A DNA stretch of 33,889 nucleotides from Solirubrobacteraceae bacterium. Its GTDB lineage: Bacteria > Actinomycetota > Thermoleophilia > Solirubrobacterales > Solirubrobacteraceae. The position numbers were made by a program, and so were the translations under genes. How positions within the stretch are numbered: the stretch's first letter is position 1; the number at the start of each line of letters is the position of its first letter. The notes below the pieces were generated by a model. The model was given only the letters and a program-made list of their open reading frames with translations. It was not told the origin of the DNA and searched no databases. Below are positions 26,781 through 33,889 of this stretch, in pieces. The stretch lies in assembly GCA_049284255.1 (NCBI GenBank), contig JBAPXO010000330.1, forward strand, positions 1-33,889, read 5' to 3'.

Positions 26781-27464
26781 TCAGCGCCAGCGCTTGACGA
26801 TCCGCTTGGCGCGGCGCCCGAGCGCCCGATGAGCCGGCGCCTCAAGCGCAGCGATCCGCGCGAGCACGTCCGAGCCGTCGTCGGCGCTGATGGTGTTGCG
26901 AGCCTGGACGAAACTGCTCCTTCTGGCCATCCCGCGATCGCTCGTGTAGACGTGGTGGTAGCCGGCTCGGCGCAGCGTCCCCAGCACCCGGCGATCGTAG
27001 GAGCCGAATGGGCAGGCGGCGCGCGTGACGGGGTGTCCCGCGACGTTTTCCAGGATCGCCTTCGCCTCGACTAGCTCCTCGTGTAGCGCCCGCCCGTCGA
27101 GCTCGCGCCACGGACGGTGACGCATGCCGTGGCAGCCGATCTCCATCCCGGCCGCGACAAGGGCGCGCACATTGCCCTCGTCCAGGAAGTGCGGCGTTCC
27201 AATTCGACCAGCGACGATGAAGAAGGTGCCGCGCAACCCCCGCTCGTGCAGCGCAGGTAAGCCCCGCTCGATGTCTGAAACGTTGCCGTCATCGAAGCTG
27301 ATGCCCACGTCCGTACGCTCGGCGACGCGGTCGAGAACCGCGAAGAATGTCTCCAAGCTCACCCAGACGCTCGCCTCACCCGGGTCGAGTGGTCGCGCCG
27401 GCTCGCCGATGCCGTGGAAGGTTAGGTTGGTCGAGCGCTCGGTCACCTGCGTATATACGGACAT
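26781..27464 (-). CDS. Polysaccharide deacetylase (NodB/CE4)
   Basis: LTFHGIG, ISFDDG, GTFFIV, GMEIGCHGMRH, ACPFGSY. Start is ATG 27464 or 27530. Confidence 0.9.
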   Translation of the reverse strand: MSVYTQVTERSTNLTFHGIGEPARPLDPGEASVWVSLETFFAVLDRVAERTDVGISFDDGNVSDIERGLPALHERGLRGTFFIVAGRIGTPHFLDEGNVRALVAAGMEIGCHGMRHRPWRELDGRALHEELVEAKAILENVAGHPVTRAACPFGSYDRRVLGTLRRAGYHHVYTSDRGMARRSSFVQARNTISADDGSDVLARIAALEAPAHRALGRRAKRIVKRWR

Positions 27465-27605
27465 CCCCCGCGCGTCCTTCCGTGGTGCGGAGTCGCTCCG
27501 GCCGTGGTCGCCGCCGGAAGAAGCCCACATGACCCGCCGTTGATCGAGAAAAGGGGCTCTAGTCTGGCCTGGCGCGCCCTCGACCGAATAGATGCGTGAA
27601 AACTG

Positions 27606-28580
27606 ATGGACACGGTTAACAAACTCCAGGATCTATGGCGCCTTCGGCGTTATGTCGCAGGCGTTTGTGTGGTCGCCCTGCTCGCCGGGCTGCTCGTGAC
27701 TTACCACCTGTCGTTCCCGCCCAAAAGCAAGAGCTACGGTGTCGGCGTCGCAACGGCTCAGGTACTTGTCGACACGCCGCACTCTCAGGTCGTCGGCGCC
27801 TCGTCCGCGGTCACTCCCGAGGGTGCTCAGACGCTTGGGACGCTTGGGACGCAGGCCAATCTCCTGGCCGACCTGATGGTGGAGGGACCGATCAAGGCCG
27901 ACACCGCGCAGCGCGCGGGTCTGAAGCCCAGTCAGCTGACCGGTATCAGCGCCGCCGTCACCGCGCCGTCCGCCTCCGCCTCCGCCTCCGCGTCCGCCTC
28001 GGGTCCGTCGCCAGTCTCGGTTCCGTCGGGGCCGAACGTGTTCGCGCTGACGACACAGATCCTCACCAATAACGGCGGGGACACCACCCTCCCGATCATC
28101 GAGATCGACGCCTACGCGCCGGACCGCGAGAAGGCGGTCCGCCTTGCGAGCGCCGCAGTTGCCGCCCTCCAGGCCTTCGTTCGCTCGGAGGCCGCGGACG
28201 AGCGGATCCCGAACGCTGATCGCCTCAGCATCATGAGCTTGGGCGTCTCGCGGGCGACCACCCAGACGCGCGGTCCGTCTCCGCTGATCGGATTCGTTGT
28301 CGCGCTCGTGGTGCTGTTGGTGGGATGTGCATCGATCCTTTGGATCCGGGGCGGGATCCGGGGCTGGCGCGCCGCCTCAGAGCTCCAGCGCCGTGGGTTC
28401 GGGAAGCTGTTGGAGGACGAGCCGACCGGGGAGCTTGGACGCCACGGTGGTCGAAACCGCTACGTGCCGCTTACACCAATTCAACCGGAACGACTTCCGC
28501 ACGGCGCATCGTTGTCAGGGCTGCTCCCACCCGATTCCCGCAGCTCCAGGGTCAGGCTGCCCTCAGCTTCACCAGACTGA
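27606..28580 (+). CDS. Wzz/polysaccharide co-polymerase-like membrane protein
   Basis: LQDLWRLRRYV plus TM; ATAQVLVDTPHSQVV; LPIIEIDAYAPDREKAVRLASAA; C-terminal TM followed by GWRA, as in the 13706 gene (AGWR). Confidence 0.75.
   Translation: MDTVNKLQDLWRLRRYVAGVCVVALLAGLLVTYHLSFPPKSKSYGVGVATAQVLVDTPHSQVVGASSAVTPEGAQTLGTLGTQANLLADLMVEGPIKADTAQRAGLKPSQLTGISAAVTAPSASASASASASGPSPVSVPSGPNVFALTTQILTNNGGDTTLPIIEIDAYAPDREKAVRLASAAVAALQAFVRSEAADERIPNADRLSIMSLGVSRATTQTRGPSPLIGFVVALVVLLVGCASILWIRGGIRGWRAASELQRRGFGKLLEDEPTGELGRHGGRNRYVPLTPIQPERLPHGASLSGLLPPDSRSSRVRLPSASPD
27969..27998 (+). repeat. Hexanucleotide microsatellite (TCCGCC)x5, one copy TCCGCG, encoding a Ser-Ala run
   Basis: tccgcc tccgcc tccgcc tccgcg tccgcc read directly from the sequence. 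Confidence 0.85.
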
Positions 28581-28664
28581 TGCGACAGCCCAGCGGCGGG
28601 GTCCTCACACCCCGCCCGCAAGGGGGTCTCACACCCGGCCCGACCAAGTGGCGCCTCTTGGCGC

Positions 28665-29270
28665 CGCTTGGCATCCAGCCATAGATACGGGTAGGCGCCC
28701 TCCAGCGGCCGATTGCGGAACGCCTGGACCTGCTCATCCAACGCCCGGCACATCGCACTGACGTGGTCCTTGGCATCCCGGCGATCCCCCACTGCTCGAC
28801 CAGCCGATCCACCTTCCGGGTCGAGACCCGTTGACATACGCCTCCAACACCACCGCCACGATCGCCTGCTCCGAGCGCCGCCGCGCCTCCAAGAATGACG
28901 GGAATAGCTGCCATGACGCGCTCTGGGAATGAGCAGCTCAAGCTCTCCTACCCGCGTCTCCCACGGCCGCGGGTGATACCCATGGCGATACGTCGACACG
29001 ACGCTCCCGGGCCACCTCATCCCGCTGGGCGCCGACCTGCCCTGAGACCTCGGCCTCCATCAGCTCGCGACAGACACGACCGCCTCCCTCACAACATCCT
29101 CCAGCCGGGCATCGCGCACCTGCGCGACAACGTCAGCAACCGTCATGCTCTGACCTTCGCCATCGGGGTGCGCCTTCTCATCGGACTGAGGGAACAGGCC
29201 GACGAGCTCAGACGCCACGTGCTCGCAACCACTACGCGGCGCTCGTTACAAACTTCAACGGACGTGACCC
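28665..29270 (-). mobile_element. IS256-family element, 5' portion, frameshifted and truncated
   Basis: YRHGYHPRPWETRVGELELLIPRARHGSY, VSTRKVDRLVE, DHVSAMCRALDEQVQAFRNRPLEGAYPYLWLDAK. IS256-like end GGGTCACGTCCGTTGAAGTTTGTAAC at 29270-29245. Confidence 0.85.
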
Positions 29271-29309
29271 TGCCCGCAGAGCTCCGCGCATCGCGCAGGA
29301 GATCGAGGA

Positions 29310-29652
29310 ATCGAGCAGCAGCACGACGAGGGCCTAGCTGGACAGCGGCTGGGCGTCGAGCGCGCCGAGTTCGAGGCCGGCCGTGCCCCGCCGGCAGTTC
29401 GGCGCCTGCGTTGTCGGAGACCCGGCTCGTGACGCGCACGCTCGAGGCACGATTCGAACGCGTGCTGGAGGAACTCGAGCGAGAAGGGCGGAAAGCTTGC
29501 CGAGCCCGCAAGCCGCCGCCCTGAACCGCTCATCGCTGCCGAGCGTCGCCGCTCTTACCAAGATCACGCGCGACCTGCGGCGGCTGTGGACCGCGTCGAC
29601 GATCGCCAATCGGGACCGGAAGGAGCTCCTGCGCACCCTAATCACCGAGTAA
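29310..29652 (+). pseudogene. Large serine recombinase remnant (C-terminal coiled-coil part)
   Basis: IEQQHDEGLAGQRLGVERAEFEAGRA, RRQF, RLVTRTLEARFERVLEELERE and DLRRLWTASTIANRDRKELLRTLITE, across frameshifts. Confidence 0.72.
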
Positions 29653-29684
29653 TGACGGCGGCGAGGAGAGCAGCGTGAAAAGGA

Positions 29685-29985
29685 CAGCTGTCACCCGATC
29701 AGGATCACCGAGTCGCGGTTATCGATCCACGCCTGCGGGATCTTGGGGGGTCCGAGAACCGGAAGTCCTCCCCAGCCGCTTGATCTGTGGTAAACCGAGC
29801 GTCGATCAGCCGGCGCTTCTGTTTGCGCTCGGCGCGCTCGGCCATCTCCGCTTCCAGAAGCGCCGCGAGATTAGCGACCGGCGTCTCCTGCTCGCGGACC
29901 GCTTCCTCGGCCAGCCGGCGGAATCGTTGGGCGGACGGTGCGAGCTTTAGCTCGACATCCGTCGCATGGATCAGCCCTTGAGCGC
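29685..29985 (-). mobile_element. IS21-family IstB ATPase remnant
   Basis: ELKL..RFRRLAEEAVREQETPVANLAALLEAEMAERAERKQKRRLIDARF..EDFRF, then PKIPQA and WIDNRDSVILIG, breaking at the Walker A motif. Confidence 0.8.
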
Positions 29986-30017
29986 CGCTGGCCAGGCGTT
30001 CCTGGCCGCAGTCGTCG

Positions 30018-30457
30018 GGCACCACCGTCGGTGATCGACCAATGCCTGCCATGCCACCATCACACCGAGTTCCTCACGTTCCTGCGCACGATCGACCGCC
30101 AAGTCCCGAAGCGCCGGCAGATTCATCTGATCCTCGACAACTACGAGACGCACAAGCAGCCCAACGTCAAGGTCTGGCTGGCCAAGCACCCCCGCTTCCC
30201 CCGGCACTTCACGCCAACCTCCTCAAGCTGAGTGAACCTGGTCGACGGGTTCTTCTCCCAGCTCACCACCAAGGCGATCCGTCGCGGCGTGTGTTCGCCT
30301 CGGTCCCGGACCTGACCGCCGCGATCGGTGCCTACTTCACCGCCACCAACGCCGACCCCACGCCGGTCACCTCGACCAAGACCGCCGAGCAGATCGTGGA
30401 AGCGTGGGAGAGTGACATTCGATGCAATCACCAGCTAAGACGCTGACGCACCACTAG
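30018..30457 (+). mobile_element. IS630-family transposase, 3' remnant
   Basis: HTEFLTFLRTIDRQVP..IHLILDNYETHK..WLAKHPRF..HFTPTSSS*(W to stop)VNLV..FFSQLTTKAIRRG, FASVPDL; ends in GACGCACCACTAG. Confidence 0.85.
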
Positions 30458-30458
30458 C

Positions 30459-31076
30459 TGTCGTGCCCTGAGAGTTTTGTGACCGCGCCTGATCGGTAGC
30501 CCGGTCGCCCAGAGAGCTGTGGGGTTCCGTTACTTGTATGCGCAGCCAGCGCGGTAGGGCTTGGTTTCGAGCAGTGCTGTTCGGTAGCCGAGCCCTCGGC
30601 CCAGTCTCGTCCCTGGTCTCGTCGAAGCGCTCGACTTTGCCGTTCCATCGACGCGCATAGGGCGGAGTGACGATGTGGCGGATCTTACGCTGTGTGAGGA
30701 GTTGGCGTAGGTCGCAGGTTTCGGGTGTAGCTTCAGGCGGCGTCGGTCAAGCGTCACCGGCACGGGATGCCGCGCGCCGCAAACCAGGCCAGAGCGCGGT
30801 TGCATGCACACGGTGACGGTCTGGGCCTCCTCGTGGGCGAGCAGCTCGCCATAGACCAGCTGCGAGTGGTCATCGACGATAGCGTGGAGTGATCGTGTCC
30901 GAGGGATCCGGCGACGATAAACTCAGCCCAACCAGCTCACAGCGACGAGTCGGTCCGTGACGTCCGCTAGTGTCCTTCCCATCCGGCCCTCCTTCCGTGT
31001 GAATCCTTCGCAGGACCACAACTCTCACGACGGCCCCGGCGGTTTTCAGACGCTCACAACGTGCCTGGGCAGGTCG
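30459..31076 (-). mobile_element. Internally deleted IS481-family element with both ends
   Basis: HAIVDDHSQLVYGELLAHEEAQTVT, a WNGKVERF-like segment and a HSSLG-type C-terminus. Imperfect terminal IRs: TGTCGTGCCCTGAGAGTTTTGTGA (30459) and CTCACAACGTGCCTGGGCAGG (31053-31073). Confidence 0.75.
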
Positions 31077-31259
31077 AGTAGCCGGTCAGGTTGGGCTCGT
31101 GTCGGCGTGCGCAGCGAGCCATGCTTCGGGCCCTTCCAGCCGCGGCGCCGTGCCCGGAAGAACGGCCCGGTTTGGCTGGCATAGCCGGGAGACTGGTCTT
31201 CCCAGAGGAACACAGTGCCATCCTGAGCCTCCGCGCACGTGAGTGTCCTAAGCTTCGGG

Positions 31260-32777
31260 CTACGAGTTTGCTGCCTGAAGGACGTGTCGCGCTGTGCGCA
31301 GTAAAAGCTTCAAGTCGAGCCACATCGACCAACTGGCCACGTAGAGATAATCGATAGCGACCATCTCCTGCATCGGGACTCGGGTGCCGAGGATCTGCCA
31401 AGGGCCTGTCATTCCCGGTGTGAGGTGGAGGCGGCTTCGGTCCAGACCGACGACCTGGGTGTCCTCGTCGACGACCAAGGGTCTCGGGCCAACCAGGCTC
31501 ATCTCGCCGCGGAGCACGTTGAGTAGTTGGGGCAACTCGTCGAGCGAGGTGGCCCGCAATAGGCGCCCCACGCGAGTCACGCGCGGGTCATTGGAAAGCT
31601 TGAATAGGCCGACGCCGGCTTCATTGATCGAGCGCAGTTCCTCTTTTCGTGCATCGGCGCCGGTCACCATCGAGCGGAACTTAACAATCTCGAAGCGTTT
31701 ACCCTCCCGTCCGACGCGCACCTGACGGAAGAGGACGGAGCCACGCGATTCGATTCGTATGGCCAACGAGATTGCCAGGATGACGGGGCTCAGGATGAGA
31801 AGGGTGATAGACCCGACGACGAGATCAAAGGTGCGCTTGAGCAGCCACGAGGAGCGAGGAAGACCGAACCGGCGGATTCCAAGCATGGTCATTCCGTCAA
31901 TGTCGTCGAATTCGACTGCGGAGCCGACAACCTCAAACATTCGCGGTAGTAAGCTCACCTTCACCCCAACAGACTTCGCGACGCGAATTAGGTCGACAAC
32001 ATGCCTGGTGTCGGTCGAGGTCGGTGCAATGATGATGCGATGCACATTCAGCTCGCTGACAATGTTACGCAGCATCCTCGGAATGTCAGCCCAATCGGCA
32101 GCGGTGACATCGTCGCTGGCAAGCGGAAGCGTAGCGACCAACTTTGCACGGGCTTGACTGGAGGCGAGTTTGTCGCGAATCCGTTCGCCCTGAACGGGCT
32201 CGCCAACCACGAGACACCGCTCGACTGGCGATATCCGGCGGGCTAGAGCCCTTACGACTAACCGGACGAGCACTATCGCACAGAAAGAAGCGATCCAGAG
32301 CGCGGCAATCCTCGTTGCGGCGAGGCCGCCAGTAAGCAGAATGGACTGAAGTGTCGCGAGGCCCAGAGCGAATAGGCCGGTGAGCTGGAGTAGCGAAGGA
32401 ACCTCGTCGAGTGTGGAATGCACGAGGCGTAGCTCATCTCGATCGTAGAGGCCTGAGACCTTGAAGAGGAACAGCAGCAGCGCAATGCCGGCCAGCGCCA
32501 ACGCTGCGACTCGACGTTGACCGAACACATTGAGAAGCACGACGAGCGCCACGCTTGCCGCCGCGAGGTCTCCTAGCGCCAGGAGCCGACGATTGAGCGC
32601 CGCGGAGCGCACAATGGTGTCGCGGCGGCGCTCCTCCCTGTCTTGTGGCCCCTCCCGGTCGGTTCCGACCGCAGTGGATACGTCGGGCGCGAGGGTTAGC
32701 CTGGCGCGCAACGGGCTGAGTTCGTATACCTCGTCCTCCTGGCGGAGAGGAACGCCGATGCCACTTTGCGCAGTCAT
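31260..32777 (-). CDS. Priming polyprenyl glycosylphosphotransferase (WcaJ/WbaP/CpsE-type sugar transferase)
   Basis: 4 N-terminal TMs, CoA-binding-like middle, KRTFDLV, FRQVRVGREG, KFRSM, NDPRVTRVGRLLRATSLDELPQLLNVLRGEMSLVGPRP, PGMTGPWQI. Confidence 0.93.
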   Translation of the reverse strand: MTAQSGIGVPLRQEDEVYELSPLRARLTLAPDVSTAVGTDREGPQDREERRRDTIVRSAALNRRLLALGDLAAASVALVVLLNVFGQRRVAALALAGIALLLFLFKVSGLYDRDELRLVHSTLDEVPSLLQLTGLFALGLATLQSILLTGGLAATRIAALWIASFCAIVLVRLVVRALARRISPVERCLVVGEPVQGERIRDKLASSQARAKLVATLPLASDDVTAADWADIPRMLRNIVSELNVHRIIIAPTSTDTRHVVDLIRVAKSVGVKVSLLPRMFEVVGSAVEFDDIDGMTMLGIRRFGLPRSSWLLKRTFDLVVGSITLLILSPVILAISLAIRIESRGSVLFRQVRVGREGKRFEIVKFRSMVTGADARKEELRSINEAGVGLFKLSNDPRVTRVGRLLRATSLDELPQLLNVLRGEMSLVGPRPLVVDEDTQVVGLDRSRLHLTPGMTGPWQILGTRVPMQEMVAIDYLYVASWSMWLDLKLLLRTARHVLQAANS

Positions 32778-33682
32778 TCTGTCGAGTAAGTAACGCTGCG
32801 CGGGTTCTCAGACTTTTGACCTGACCGATCGGCCTCCTTAAATGCCTCGCCGTGCCCATAACGACGGGCCGAACGCTGATCGGTCGAGCTGAAGGCGCCA
32901 CCCGATTCTGCTTGACTGCCCGACCGGAGGTCGCCGCGTGCGGACGAGTTGGCTCAAGGTGATCGGTCGCGTTGGCGAGCTCGGTTCGTTGTCGTCCCGG
33001 TCAGCGTGGCGTCAGAGCAAGGGCGCGGCCATGACGAGAGCGATGGCAGCCGGGCTGTCTCGATCTCCTAGGAGCTCGAAGTCCGGACCACCCCTCCGCC
33101 CTCCTCATTTAGGGAATACGCGTCCGGGCGAAGGTAGAAGTCGCGGCGAGCGGCCTGACGATGTTGCGCGTGAGAGGCACTGGGGCTTGGGAAGGAACCC
33201 GCGGCGAGCGAGGCTTCGTGGCGCAACGGCTCTTACCGGGCGACGGCGTCACGGCGGGGCACGGCAATCTTCTCAGAGTCGTAGTGCGCCGTAGACGTAC
33301 TAGCCCACCACACGCGAGCGCTACTGTGCACGCGCAAGTCCAATGAGCACGGATTCTTGGGTGGCGTCTTGTCGTCCGTCACGTGAGCGTCTGGGGACTG
33401 CGCTTGGGCGCAGCCTTCGCCAGGCCGCCGCTGAATCTGCGCTTTCACGCGACACGGCAGGACCACACATGCCGGTCGCGTGTAGCTTCTTGTGCCTGTG
33501 AGCGCTGAGCGCTGAGCGGTGGCAGAGTCTGGCGGCAACCTTCGAGCTTGCATCGTCCATCAAGCGCCTGCCTCCTGTTCGCCTCGCCATTTGCCCCGAG
33601 CGTGCCGGAAGCGGCGAAGCGAGATCTGCACTACGTCAAGTCGCGCGCGGTAGTGATGGCGCATCGGATGAGCAAGGCTGCG

Positions 33683-33889
33683 TCAGGCGGCGCCGGCTAA
33701 AAGCGCCTGATCGAGGTCTTCGATCAGGTCGTCGGGGTGCTCGAGTCCGATCGAGAGGCGCACCATGTCCGGGGTGATGCCGGCGAGCTCGAGGTCCTTG
33801 GGAGTGAGCTGGCGGTGCGTCGTGGAGGCCGGGTGGGTGATGAGCGACTTGGCGTCGCCCATGTTCAGCAGTCGCTTGAACAGCTTGAC
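33683..33889 (-). CDS. metY: O-acetylhomoserine sulfhydrylase (MetY-type), 3' end only
   Basis: Manual translation: [68 protein letters not shown]. The gene runs off the window end. Confidence 0.85.
   Translation of the reverse strand, partial: VKLFKRLLNMGDAKSLITHPASTTHRQLTPKDLELAGITPDMVRLSIGLEHPDDLIEDLDQALLAGAA

Noticed and set aside
1..33889. CRISPR arrays, tRNA/rRNA, riboswitches and the many Arg/Pro-rich antisense ORFs
   Set aside because: No regularly spaced repeats or RNA-gene signatures were seen; the shadow ORFs are expected in high-GC DNA.

Overview
High-GC actinobacterial DNA (the gene styles suggest Thermoleophilia/Solirubrobacterales; this is inference). Most of the window is an accessory, Wzy-dependent exopolysaccharide/capsule locus. 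It encodes a priming glycosylphosphotransferase, a PssD/PssE (Alg14/Alg13-type) fusion GT, two GT2s, a Wzx flippase, a Wzy-like polymerase fused to a Wzz-like domain plus three stand-alone paralogues of that domain, and RmlC/RmlD with an SDR but no RmlA/RmlB. It also carries a Gfo/Idh/MocA oxidoreductase coupled to an uncharacterised AKR-like protein, and many tailoring enzymes: a DegT-like aminotransferase, two CelD/BcsL GNATs, a CatB-like acetyltransferase and a NodB deacetylase. At the left edge are an ObiH/ObaG-like L-threonine transaldolase and a secreted beta-helix lipoprotein; a decayed paralogue of the lipoprotein lies inside the locus. Decayed mobile DNA is frequent: ISNCY/IS5-like, IS3, IS256, IS21, IS630, IS481, and two consecutive pieces of a large serine recombinase about 25 kb apart. 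The window ends in the 3' end of metY. All calls come from motif recognition only; no searches were run.
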